Virus record (IMG/VR): IMGVR_UViG_3300033148_001052
Coordinates: 1 to 56,684 of that record
Reading direction: 5' to 3' (one strand)
Source of the DNA: a virus
DNA: 56,684 nucleotides
Positions within the stretch are counted from its first letter, which is position 1. Each line of letters opens with the position of its first letter. The position numbers were made by a program, and so were the translations under genes. Under the pieces are notes generated by a model. The model was given only the letters and a program-made list of their open reading frames with translations. It made no database searches and had not been told where the DNA came from. Shown here piece after piece: positions 23,300-31,686 of the stretch.

Positions 23300-23613
23300 T
23301 GAATAAACCAATACATAATGTAAGACGTTGGCTAAATCCTAAAGACCATTCAGACAGTGGGATGCTACATGTTATGGTTGATGTTGATGATGACCCTGAG
23401 TATCCTTATGTAGGGGTTGACTTCACTATATGGGATTGTTCTAGGAAGGTAACACTAGACTTTAGCTTTTGTACTATGAAGGAGGCCAAGCAGAGAGCAG
23501 AGAAGATAGACCTGTTGATTCAAGAGCTAACTAATCTAAAGGCTGTCATGGGTGTAGCCTATAACCATTCATTTCAAGCTATGGAGAATAGGGAGGAGCC
23601 TGAGGATGAGTAA
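23299..23613 (+). CDS. Hypothetical protein (104 aa)
   Basis: ATG 23299 shares a base with the previous TAA (TAATG). The track used an upstream TTG. Confidence 0.6.
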   Translation: MNKPIHNVRRWLNPKDHSDSGMLHVMVDVDDDPEYPYVGVDFTIWDCSRKVTLDFSFCTMKEAKQRAEKIDLLIQELTNLKAVMGVAYNHSFQAMENREEPEDE

Positions 23614-24373
23614 GCATTTCATAGTACCAGATACTCAGGTGAAACCGGGAGTAGATATAGACCACCTAAGGGCAGCCGGTAATTATATCGTGCGTCATAA
23701 GCCTGATGTTATAATTCACCTAGGAGACCACTTTGATATGCACAGCCTCAGCTCCTATGACAAGGGGACTAAGAAGGCAGAGGGGGCAAACTACCTAGAG
23801 GACATTAAAGCCGGTCAGAGGGCAATGGAGGAGCTTCTAGGGCCATTGAATAGGTACAACAAGAAGCGTAAGCATGACAAGAAGAAGCAATACCACCCTC
23901 GCATGGTGTTCCTATTAGGCAACCACGAGAACCGTATAGCTAGACACATCAATGCTAACCCTGAACTCGATGGTGTGTTAGGGTTTCATACATTAGGATT
24001 AGAGGGGTATGGATGGGAGGTGATAGACTTCCTTAAGCCTATTGAGATTGATGGACTAACCTATGCTCATTACTTCTATCAACCTATGAGTGGTCATCCA
24101 TATGGAGGCAAGGCCACTACTAAGCTAAATAACATAGGCTTCTCTTTTGTGATGGGCCACCAGCAAGGGCTTGATATGGCTATGAAGCACTTAGGTAATG
24201 GCAAGACTTTACGAGGGCTTGTAGCAGGTAGCTTCTATCAGCACTTTGAGGACTATAAGGGACATCAAGCTAATGACCATTGGCAAGGGTGTCTGATGTT
24301 ACATGAGGTGAAGGATGGTGAGTATTGTCTGATGGAACTCTCTATGAACTATCTAATGAAGGAGTGGTTGTAA
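23606..24373 (+). CDS. Metallophosphoesterase (calcineurin-like)
   Basis: IHLGDHFD and LLGNHENR motifs, 255 aa. Confidence 0.75.
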   Translation: MSKHFIVPDTQVKPGVDIDHLRAAGNYIVRHKPDVIIHLGDHFDMHSLSSYDKGTKKAEGANYLEDIKAGQRAMEELLGPLNRYNKKRKHDKKKQYHPRMVFLLGNHENRIARHINANPELDGVLGFHTLGLEGYGWEVIDFLKPIEIDGLTYAHYFYQPMSGHPYGGKATTKLNNIGFSFVMGHQQGLDMAMKHLGNGKTLRGLVAGSFYQHFEDYKGHQANDHWQGCLMLHEVKDGEYCLMELSMNYLMKEWL

Positions 24374-24585
24374 TGAAAGTAACTAAAGAGAAGTATGGTA
24401 AGAAAGCTACATTGAAGTTTAAAGATGAGGATGGTGTTGGCCTTGGTATCTCTTGTGATGAGTATTGGGAGATGTGTCTTGCGCTGTATGAGAAACTTAC
24501 CTATGTGAATGATACAGATATTATTGTGCATACCACTGGCAAGATACCTAGTAGGCATTTCCAATACAGGAGTGGTGTGCAATGA
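24373..24585 (+). CDS. Hypothetical protein (70 aa)
   Basis: TAATG overlap at 24371-24375. Confidence 0.55.
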   Translation: MKVTKEKYGKKATLKFKDEDGVGLGISCDEYWEMCLALYEKLTYVNDTDIIVHTTGKIPSRHFQYRSGVQ

Positions 24586-24926
24586 GATACCAACGATGCA
24601 CCTACTTTAAGGAGGGCAATTGTTTTAATATGGGAGAACGTAACGGACTAAACACTCTTCCTTGTGCTGGGTATGACAGGTGTGAGAGTTATGAGGTAGA
24701 GGTTAGTCCTGTGACCAAGGACAAGGGACAGATGCCTAGTAGAATAGACATAGTAGGGTCTAATGGCAACGAAGGCAGTCATTATCTAGTAGAGAAGGTA
24801 GCAAGGGCTATCTGTGGAGAGGCTTATGCTAATCAAGTGATGGCAGGGGATATGGCAGGTAGGAAGAGATGGGAAGTTCATATTGCAGCAGCTCTTAGGG
24901 TGATTGAGGTGATGGAAGATGACTAG
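24582..24926 (+). CDS. Hypothetical protein (114 aa, Cys-rich N-terminus)
   Basis: ATGA overlap, ORF track. Confidence 0.6.
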   Translation: MRYQRCTYFKEGNCFNMGERNGLNTLPCAGYDRCESYEVEVSPVTKDKGQMPSRIDIVGSNGNEGSHYLVEKVARAICGEAYANQVMAGDMAGRKRWEVHIAAALRVIEVMEDD

Positions 24927-25122
24927 TAAGCAAATAGAGTATCTTGAAATACTTGGGTACAAGAAGTCTAAGGAGGATGGAGCTGTACTGGAACATCCTG
25001 ACTTTGTGTGGGAAGATAAATTTGTATGGGGAGGAGAAAGCATTCAGGAGATATTATTTGTCCATAATGACAGGCTTAATAGGAGTATCCGCTCTGCCAT
25101 TATAAGGAGGATAGATGAATAG
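24919..25122 (+). CDS. Hypothetical protein (67 aa)
   Basis: ORF track. Confidence 0.55.
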   Translation: MTSKQIEYLEILGYKKSKEDGAVLEHPDFVWEDKFVWGGESIQEILFVHNDRLNRSIRSAIIRRIDE

Positions 25123-25191
25123 CTGTGTGTGGTATACGGTTAATGAAGTGGCTATGTTGATATGTGTAGTATAGGAAGATGTCTGTTGCTA

Positions 25192-25220
25192 TTGACAGTG
25201 GCAACAGAGGTTGTTATAAT
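25192..25220 (+). promoter_or_regulatory. Perfect sigma70 promoter TTGACA-N17-TATAAT with extended -10 (TGtTATAAT)
   Basis: ttgacagtggcaacagaggttgttataat, 33 nt upstream of ATG 25254. Confidence 0.8.
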
Positions 25221-25253
25221 AGCAGGAGTGATACACCATTGGTAGGAGAAGAT

Positions 25254-25619
25254 ATGAGTAGTCCAATTGAATGTGAAGAGTGTGGGAGCACCTTGTTGTT
25301 TGAAGGGGACAATTGGTTTTGTCCTAATGATGATTGTTTAAGTGCTACAGGAGAGAGAGTGTTATCAGACGAGGTGGAGAGACACATGACCAACCCTATT
25401 GATGTTGTTAATAATCCTAATCATTATAAGTTATTTCCTGACCTAGAGGTGATAGAGGCTATTGAGAAGCTGTTGACACCAGAGGAATTCAGAGGCTATA
25501 AGAAAGGGAACAGCCTTAAGTATAGACTAAGGGCAGGTAAGAAGGATAGTATTGAACAGGACATACTAAAGGCTATGAAATATGAAGCTTGGTTATTGGA
25601 AACAACTACTAGAAGTTAA
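25254..25619 (+). CDS. Zinc-ribbon + DUF3310-like protein (121 aa)
   Basis: CEECG..CPNDDC, then NPNHYK...GNSLKYRLRAGKK...DILKAMKY (DUF3310-like, from memory). AGGAGA before ATG 25254. The earlier track start lies inside the promoter. Confidence 0.65.
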   Translation: MSSPIECEECGSTLLFEGDNWFCPNDDCLSATGERVLSDEVERHMTNPIDVVNNPNHYKLFPDLEVIEAIEKLLTPEEFRGYKKGNSLKYRLRAGKKDSIEQDILKAMKYEAWLLETTTRS

Positions 25620-25833
25620 GAGGCTGCTAGACCTTGATAATGTACCTGAGAATGGTCGTCTAGTATACATGTCACAGGATGTATATGATTCTATACTAAG
25701 TGGGACAGGTTTGCGCCTTGCTCCCCCACAAGTACTGATGATGTTGGGTATGCAAGTGAAGATACTAAATGCCTCTGACTACAAGAAAGGTTATATTCAA
25801 ATGGTATGGGAAGGAGGAAGTACATATGATTAA
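25582..25833 (+). CDS. Hypothetical protein (83 aa)
   Basis: ORF track. 38-nt overlap with the previous gene. Confidence 0.5.
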   Translation: MKLGYWKQLLEVKRLLDLDNVPENGRLVYMSQDVYDSILSGTGLRLAPPQVLMMLGMQVKILNASDYKKGYIQMVWEGGSTYD

Positions 25834-25969
25834 GTATAAGAAGTATGTGGTGTGTGAGTTTATATGTAGCGATTGTCATCTAGTATTTAACATAGAGATT
25901 GATGAGGTTCCTAAGAACTTATATTGTCCAAGGTGTAGTAGGTTACACACAACTAAACGAGAGGGGTGA
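25826..25969 (+). CDS. Zinc-ribbon protein (47 aa)
   Basis: GGAAGGAGGAAG Shine-Dalgarno region before ATG 25826. CSDC...CPRC. Confidence 0.55.
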   Translation: MIKYKKYVVCEFICSDCHLVFNIEIDEVPKNLYCPRCSRLHTTKREG

Positions 25970-25973
25970 TCTT

Positions 25974-26072
25974 ATGTTTGAAACAATTTGGATGACCTTA
26001 GTAGTATTAATACCTGCATTGGCAGGTGTAATGCTTACCGTATCAATTTTGTATTATTTATCAGGAGAATAA
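25974..26072 (+). CDS. Small membrane peptide (32 aa)
   Basis: GAGAGGGG Shine-Dalgarno site. MFETIWMTLVVLIPALAGVMLTVSILYYLSGE. Confidence 0.4.
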   Translation: MFETIWMTLVVLIPALAGVMLTVSILYYLSGE

Positions 26073-26074
26073 TT

Positions 26075-26221
26075 ATGAAAGATTTATTATATTGCACAGC
26101 TAAGTGTAACAACGAAGAGTGTTGGCAGAACCTATCTATGATGGACGAGGACATTGATAGGTCTATCATGGTGGCTGACTTGAGTGAGGGATGTGAGCAG
26201 ATGGAAGAGGAGAACGACTAA
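26075..26221 (+). CDS. Small Cys-rich acidic protein (48 aa), possible divergent member of the four-Cys family
   Basis: LLYCTAKCNNEECW...EEEND. The stop shares a base with the RNR ATG (TAATG). Confidence 0.5.
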   Translation: MKDLLYCTAKCNNEECWQNLSMMDEDIDRSIMVADLSEGCEQMEEEND

Positions 26222-28329
26222 TGGCAGGATTAAAGAGTAGCTATGAGGAGTACATTGCTCTCAGCCGCTATGCTCGTTGGCTTCCTGAAGAGAAGCGAAG
26301 AGAGGGGTGGGATGAAACAACACAACGATGGGGAGACTTTTGGGTAGGTAAATTCCCTAAGCATAAGAAGATTGTACGTGAGTGTCAACAATCTATCTAT
26401 GACACAGATGTTATGGGGTCTATGCGTACCATGATGACAGCAGGTGAGGCACTAGACAGAGACAACGTAGCTGGATTCAATTGTAGCTATGTAGCTGTAG
26501 ACCATCCTCGTGTATTCGATGAGACTATGTACATCCTTATGTGTGGTACAGGACTAGGCTTCTCAGTGGAAGCAAAGTCTGTGTCTAAACTACCTACTAT
26601 TGCAGAGGAATTCTATGACACAGATACCACAATCCTTGTTAGAGATAGTAAGATTGGATGGGCTAAAGCTTTCAAAGAACTCATCGCTTTTCTATACCAA
26701 GGACAAGTCCCTAAGTGGGATGTCAGCAAGGTACGAGCTGAGGGGGAGCCACTCAAGACGTTTGGGGGTCGTGCTAGTGGGCCACAACCATTGGTCGATT
26801 TGTTTCAGTACACAGTAAATACATTTCGTAGGTTTGCTGGTAATAAACTAACACCTATTGCAGCACATGATATTATGTGTAAGATTGCAGAGATTGTAGT
26901 GGTGGGTGGTGTAAGACGCAGTGCTCTTATTAGCTTGTCAGACCTCAGTGACGCTGAGACACGAGTAGCTAAGAGTCAAGTAAAGGTAGTAGAGTATACA
27001 CTCCTTGGTCACACTGAGGACGAGACTAAGCGTAAGTATTCTGTAGTGGTTGACGACAAACCATACGGAGAACGTAGTCTCCTTCTTGAACTAGATGATT
27101 GGGAGAGTGAGCAACTTCAACGAGACCACGAGGTAAATTGGTATCATGTCCATCCAGAACGAGCACTTGCAAACAACTCCGTATGCTACACTGAAAAGCC
27201 TGATATTGGAATCTTCATTGATGAGTGGAAAGCCTTGTATGATAGTAAATCTGGTGAGCGAGGAATATTTAACAGGGAAGCAGCGAACAACCTGTTGCCA
27301 GCTAGACGAGCAGAGCTTGGTTATACTGAATGGGGTTGTAATCCCTGTAGCGAAATTGTACTCAGAAGCAAACAGTTCTGTAACCTCAGTGAAGTAGTTA
27401 TCCGTAAGGATGATACACTTGATACCTTGAAGGAGAAAGTAAGAAAGGCTGCTATCATTGGGACAATGCAAGCTACACTAACAGACTTCCGTTATCTATC
27501 TAGTGCATGGAAGAAGAACACAGAGGAAGAGGCTTTGCTTGGTGTTAGTCTTACAGGTATTATGGATCATCCTGTTATGAGTGGTACGGCTCTGTGGGAA
27601 GACACTAAGGTATTTGTAGGTAAGGAGTATAGTAGTGAACTGACTGATGAAGATATGCTAGATGGTATCCTAAGGCAACTAAAGGAGGTGGCAATTGAAA
27701 CAAACAAAGAGTGGGCTAAGAAACTGGGGATTAATCCCGCTACTGCTATTACTGCTGTCAAGCCTAGCGGCACTGTATCTCAACTTGTGGATAGTAGCTC
27801 TGGTATACATCCTCGCTATTCCGATTATTATATTCGTACGGTCAGGGCAGACAAGAAAGACCCCTTAGCTACTATGATGGTGGCTCAGGGATTCCCTGTA
27901 GAGGATGATGTGATGAAGCCCGATTCAGGCTATGTATTCTCATTCCCTATTAAGAGTCCAGAGGGGTCTGTTATGCGTGATGATATGACTGCCATTGAAC
28001 AGTGTGAGATGTGGAAGACATATCAGCTACATTGGACAGAGCATAAGCCTAGTATCACAGTGTACGTTAAAGAAGATGAGTGGTTACAGGTGGGGAGCTG
28101 GGTGTATGATAACTTTGATATTGTATCAGGTATAAGTTTCCTACCCCATAGTGACCATAGTTATAAGCAAGCACCCTATCAGGAGATTGATAAAGATGAG
28201 TACGAGAGAATGGTTGGAAGTATGCCTACTGCTGATTGGTCTTTACTTGGTGAGTACGAGCTTGTTGATGCTACTACTGGTATGAAGGAGTATAGTTGCA
28301 GTGGGAATGCTTGTGAGCTGACTATCTAA
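26221..28329 (+). CDS. nrdJ: Ribonucleotide reductase, class II (adenosylcobalamin-dependent)
   Basis: 702 aa. Active-site region GCNPCSEIVL....FCNLSEV is typical of class II RNR. Single chain with no adjacent beta subunit. Confidence 0.85.
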   Translation: MAGLKSSYEEYIALSRYARWLPEEKRREGWDETTQRWGDFWVGKFPKHKKIVRECQQSIYDTDVMGSMRTMMTAGEALDRDNVAGFNCSYVAVDHPRVFDETMYILMCGTGLGFSVEAKSVSKLPTIAEEFYDTDTTILVRDSKIGWAKAFKELIAFLYQGQVPKWDVSKVRAEGEPLKTFGGRASGPQPLVDLFQYTVNTFRRFAGNKLTPIAAHDIMCKIAEIVVVGGVRRSALISLSDLSDAETRVAKSQVKVVEYTLLGHTEDETKRKYSVVVDDKPYGERSLLLELDDWESEQLQRDHEVNWYHVHPERALANNSVCYTEKPDIGIFIDEWKALYDSKSGERGIFNREAANNLLPARRAELGYTEWGCNPCSEIVLRSKQFCNLSEVVIRKDDTLDTLKEKVRKAAIIGTMQATLTDFRYLSSAWKKNTEEEALLGVSLTGIMDHPVMSGTALWEDTKVFVGKEYSSELTDEDMLDGILRQLKEVAIETNKEWAKKLGINPATAITAVKPSGTVSQLVDSSSGIHPRYSDYYIRTVRADKKDPLATMMVAQGFPVEDDVMKPDSGYVFSFPIKSPEGSVMRDDMTAIEQCEMWKTYQLHWTEHKPSITVYVKEDEWLQVGSWVYDNFDIVSGISFLPHSDHSYKQAPYQEIDKDEYERMVGSMPTADWSLLGEYELVDATTGMKEYSCSGNACELTI

Positions 28330-28685
28330 TGAAGGAGCCTACAGCAACAGAGGTAAGAATGAAGTGGGCAGAAGCTTCTAAATTATATAAGGAGAGTTTG
28401 ATGATAGGAGGAGCACCTATGGCAATAGGAATGGGTACTAGTGGAGTAGCTATGAAGAAAGATACTAAGGGTGAGATAATGGATGAGGTGGCTGAGGTTA
28501 TAGCCACTATGAAGATGGAATATGAGGGGAGGATAGCTGGATTAGAGGCTACAGTGAAGAAGCAAGGGGATATGATAGATCATTATCTGATTCCTGTAAC
28601 TACAGCTAAGGCTACTAAGCATCCATCTATTTCTGGTATTACCACACTGTCTCCCGGAGCTGTGTGGGCAACAGGAATATTATAA
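28329..28685 (+). CDS. Hypothetical protein (118 aa)
   Basis: TAATG overlap with the RNR stop. Confidence 0.6.
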   Translation: MKEPTATEVRMKWAEASKLYKESLMIGGAPMAIGMGTSGVAMKKDTKGEIMDEVAEVIATMKMEYEGRIAGLEATVKKQGDMIDHYLIPVTTAKATKHPSISGITTLSPGAVWATGIL

Positions 28686-28912
28686 TGGCAGAAGTAATAC
28701 AACTTAGGAAGTCTACAGAAGACCAACTCCTAGACACCATTAAGGACTATGAGTTTGATAGGTTTGCTGTAGTGGGAACCAAGAAAGTCTTTAAGGATGA
28801 GAAGCATGTAGGAGATGATGTGTATACACTCATTCCTCATGGCTTCTCTAAGCTAGAGATTGTTGGGTTGTTCAGTATAGCTAAACGTAAAGCGGAGGAA
28901 TTATCATGGTAG
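28685..28912 (+). CDS. Hypothetical protein (75 aa)
   Basis: TAATG overlap at 28683-28687. Confidence 0.55.
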   Translation: MAEVIQLRKSTEDQLLDTIKDYEFDRFAVVGTKKVFKDEKHVGDDVYTLIPHGFSKLEIVGLFSIAKRKAEELSW

Positions 28913-29127
28913 CATATACAGCACAGTGTCTTGATGAAGACTGTGTGAATGAAGAGGGTGATGTAACAACATTCACTTATGAAGCTAAGATAACAGATAG
29001 CACCACACCACCATGCCCTAGGTGTGAAGGAGAAACTAAGAAGATTATTACAGGGGTGGGGATGGTTAAGCTGTATGGTGTTGGGTTGTACAAGAGAACC
29101 TTGCGTGATAAAGGGGATTGGGCATGA
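28906..29127 (+). CDS. Zinc-ribbon protein, FmdB-like (73 aa)
   Basis: C..C(x27)CPRC. GGAGGA Shine-Dalgarno site. Confidence 0.55.
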   Translation: MVAYTAQCLDEDCVNEEGDVTTFTYEAKITDSTTPPCPRCEGETKKIITGVGMVKLYGVGLYKRTLRDKGDWA

Positions 29128-29504
29128 GCATCGTTCAAACCAATGTTAACATCTATAATATCTATCCTTCAATGGAGGTGTTTAATAAGGACTTCTTTGG
29201 TCAGGTGAAACAGAGCTTGATTGATAAAGGTTTCATTAACCCTTTGATTGTAGTTCCTATGGATGGACATGAGTGGACTACATATAGTGAAGATAATCCT
29301 GACATGTTAAAGTTCCCTCCCTTACAGAATATAGATGATGTAGTATTGCAAATACGATGTGGTAATAACAGGTATTGGGCAGCAAGGCAACTAGGATTTA
29401 GAACAGTTCCTATTATTAAATGTGGAAGTATGAAGGAGGCCAGTAAGATGTGTAAGGCACAACAGAAAGAGATGAAGCAATGGCAGGAGGCTGGTGAGTG
29501 GTAG
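29124..29504 (+). CDS. ParB N-terminal-domain (ParB/Srx)-like protein, paralogue 1 (126 aa)
   Basis: LQIRCGNNRYWAARQLGF matches the GxxRxxAA box. ATGA overlap. No HTH or C-terminal dimerisation region is evident. Confidence 0.65.
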   Translation: MSIVQTNVNIYNIYPSMEVFNKDFFGQVKQSLIDKGFINPLIVVPMDGHEWTTYSEDNPDMLKFPPLQNIDDVVLQIRCGNNRYWAARQLGFRTVPIIKCGSMKEASKMCKAQQKEMKQWQEAGEW

Positions 29505-29854
29505 AAGAGACAGGCATAGCAATACACCTATTACAGCCGATGACCCCTCCTAAGGCAATTGAGGAGCTTTCAGCTATACTTAAGACGGAGGACATTGAAC
29601 ATCCCATCGTAGTATATAAGACAACTAAGGAGGAATGGGCAGAACATAAGAAGGCTTATCCATATATCTATGACTCTCCTGATATTGAGGGGGAGATAAT
29701 GCAGATACGAGCAGGACATAACAGAGTTGAGTGGGCTAGGAGACAAGGAGATACATACATCCGAGCATTGGTTTATAATAATTTAGAGGATGCAACAGAA
29801 GAATGCAAGAGACAGATGAAGTGGCACAAGAGAAAACACGGAGCATTAATTTAG
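29498..29854 (+). CDS. ParB N-terminal-domain-like protein, paralogue 2 (118 aa)
   Basis: MQIRAGHNRVEWARRQG. GTG start 7 nt after CAGGAGG. Confidence 0.6.
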   Translation: MVEETGIAIHLLQPMTPPKAIEELSAILKTEDIEHPIVVYKTTKEEWAEHKKAYPYIYDSPDIEGEIMQIRAGHNRVEWARRQGDTYIRALVYNNLEDATEECKRQMKWHKRKHGALI

Positions 29855-30045
29855 AATGTACTATTCTTGGGGACGATAAAGATGGTGACACAATAGGTAA
29901 TGTTGTTAGGGTAGAGCTACCCCTAGACCACCAAGATGTAGCAGAGACTAAGTTTGAAACATTCATTGGAGAATTAGCGGAGGTGTTAGGTGAATACTTT
30001 GAAAGCGGAGAACAGGAACCAAAGAACACTGTCTATCCCCATTAA
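29803..30045 (+). CDS. Hypothetical acidic protein (80 aa), overlapping both neighbours
   Basis: ORF track. Overlaps of 52 and 56 nt make it uncertain. Confidence 0.4.
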   Translation: MQETDEVAQEKTRSINLECTILGDDKDGDTIGNVVRVELPLDHQDVAETKFETFIGELAEVLGEYFESGEQEPKNTVYPH

Positions 30046-30379
30046 TCAGCTTGATATGCTTGAGGGGATAGAGAGTAACATCTTTCAAGCTAGGGTGTAT
30101 GCAAGCATAGAGAAGGGAGGGATGATAGAACCATTAACAATAGCTTGTCTCACTAATGATGAATGGGGAGAGAGTTGTTCAGGATGCAAGCCTCCCCCAA
30201 CAGAATACAAGCATGTATACCTAAGGATACAAAGAGGAAACAATAGATACAGAGCTGCTAAGGAGATGGGATATACACACATTGATTGTAATCTCTATCT
30301 AAATGTAGCTGAGGCTATTGAGGCAGGTAATCTACAGAGGAAACGAAGTAAGCGTTGGAAAGCTTTGTTACAAAACTAA
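29990..30379 (+). CDS. ParB N-terminal-domain-like protein, paralogue 3 (129 aa)
   Basis: LSIPINQL box and LRIQRGNNRYRAAKEMGY. GTG start 6 nt after GGAGG. Confidence 0.6.
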   Translation: MNTLKAENRNQRTLSIPINQLDMLEGIESNIFQARVYASIEKGGMIEPLTIACLTNDEWGESCSGCKPPPTEYKHVYLRIQRGNNRYRAAKEMGYTHIDCNLYLNVAEAIEAGNLQRKRSKRWKALLQN

Positions 30380-30392
30380 GAGGACAAGAGAT

Positions 30393-30638
30393 ATGGAAAG
30401 CTATGTAGTAGTAAAGAATAAAGATATTTACCTGTTCCAAGAGCAGTGTAATTATCAGATGGGGAATGGTTATGTTCCTCAAGGTGGGCTAGTTAAGGGA
30501 GACTATGAGTTCTTCCAAGCCTTTACTCTAGACGAAAAAAAGGAGGAAGTTCCTAAGAACATTCCCCCAAAGAAGAAAGCAGGTAGACCAAAGAAGCCTG
30601 TAACCAATATGTATAACGATGAGATGGGAGGAGGCTAA
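30393..30638 (+). CDS. DUF1737-like protein with a C-terminal AT-hook (81 aa)
   Basis: GNGYVPQGGL core, then KKKAGRPKKP. ATG 30393 lies inside the track ORF. Confidence 0.5.
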   Translation: MESYVVVKNKDIYLFQEQCNYQMGNGYVPQGGLVKGDYEFFQAFTLDEKKEEVPKNIPPKKKAGRPKKPVTNMYNDEMGGG

Positions 30639-31153
30639 TGCCAAGTAAAGAAGAGAATATCAAAGAGTATTATATCGACCAATACAAACAGATGCATTCT
30701 AAGAAGGTGTATGGTATTAGCTCCAAACATCTAGTGGGAGCTATTGCTCCTCTAGTCAGGGAGTTTAATAGTGTCTTAGATTATGGTTGTGGTCAATCTG
30801 AGTTTCTAGATAAGCTACCTAATGAAGTGAAGTATCGTTATGACCCCGCAATTAGCAAGCACAACAAACAACCCAATCCCGAAGATGTAGATGTGGTCAC
30901 ATGTCTTGATGTTATGGAGCATGTCCCTGAAGAAGCTGTGGATGAAGTGCTTAAAGATATTCATAGGCTGAGTGACAAGGCTGTGTTTGTTATTAGTTTA
31001 GTGGAAGCTGCATGTAAACTCCCTAACGGGGAGCAAGCACATACAACAGTCCGAAGTAAAGCATGGTGGACTGAGCGCATCGAAGCTGTGTTTGGTAAGA
31101 CACAGAGGATGAAGCATAAGCGGAATGGAATTCTGTTCCTAAAAACTTTCTAA
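30638..31153 (+). CDS. Class I SAM-dependent methyltransferase
   Basis: Motif I VLDYGCGQS, then DVVTCLDVMEHVPEE. 171 aa. Confidence 0.75.
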   Translation: MPSKEENIKEYYIDQYKQMHSKKVYGISSKHLVGAIAPLVREFNSVLDYGCGQSEFLDKLPNEVKYRYDPAISKHNKQPNPEDVDVVTCLDVMEHVPEEAVDEVLKDIHRLSDKAVFVISLVEAACKLPNGEQAHTTVRSKAWWTERIEAVFGKTQRMKHKRNGILFLKTF

Positions 31154-31686
31154 AGTCTCTTAATTAAACCATCAGAATGGAGGGAGTCGAATGCGGCTCT
31201 CTCTACATTTAAATCATGGCTCCTAGGATTATGGTTCTCCTCTTTTATAAATCTATTAGGCGTGGAATAACCATCAAAACCAATAATAGTTACATCTTCT
31301 CCTAGATGTAAATAATATAGAATAGCCATTAAACCGGAAGTAGGTTTAGTCTTTTTAGATTCATTTTTATATGAGGCAGCTAAGTCCCAATAAAGTTCTT
31401 TAGAAATTGTAGAGGCTTTATCAAGTGCATTTAGAGGGCATGTTTCCTCAGTGATAGGTCTTCCATCCACCCTCAATAATTTCTTATATTGACTATCTCC
31501 TATAAGTGCTTCTATTGACTTGTAGAGAAAATCTCTTTTAAATATTCTACTACTACCTCCCCACACCCATACATCACAATCACCTTCACAGATTCCTAGG
31601 TTTATTCTAACTACTATATCATAGTCATCTGCATTGAAAGTAGGTAGATTAGAACCCCCTCCAATAATTAATACTTTTTCTTTCAT
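31150..31686 (-). CDS. Small Rossmann-like glycosyltransferase-like protein (GT42/Maf/DUF115-like), paralogue B
   Basis: VLIIGGGSNL..DYDIVVRIN, KPTSGLMAILYYLHLGEDVTIIGFDGY, SHDLNVE. The pattern recalls Cst-II-type sialyltransferases. Confidence 0.4.
   Translation of the reverse strand: MKEKVLIIGGGSNLPTFNADDYDIVVRINLGICEGDCDVWVWGGSSRIFKRDFLYKSIEALIGDSQYKKLLRVDGRPITEETCPLNALDKASTISKELYWDLAASYKNESKKTKPTSGLMAILYYLHLGEDVTIIGFDGYSTPNRFIKEENHNPRSHDLNVERAAFDSLHSDGLIKRL

Noticed and set aside
25179-25253. Upstream extension of the DUF3310-like ORF (track start 25179)
   Set aside because: The extension would contain the complete TTGACA-N17-TATAAT promoter. ATG 25254 has an AGGAGA Shine-Dalgarno site at the correct spacing.
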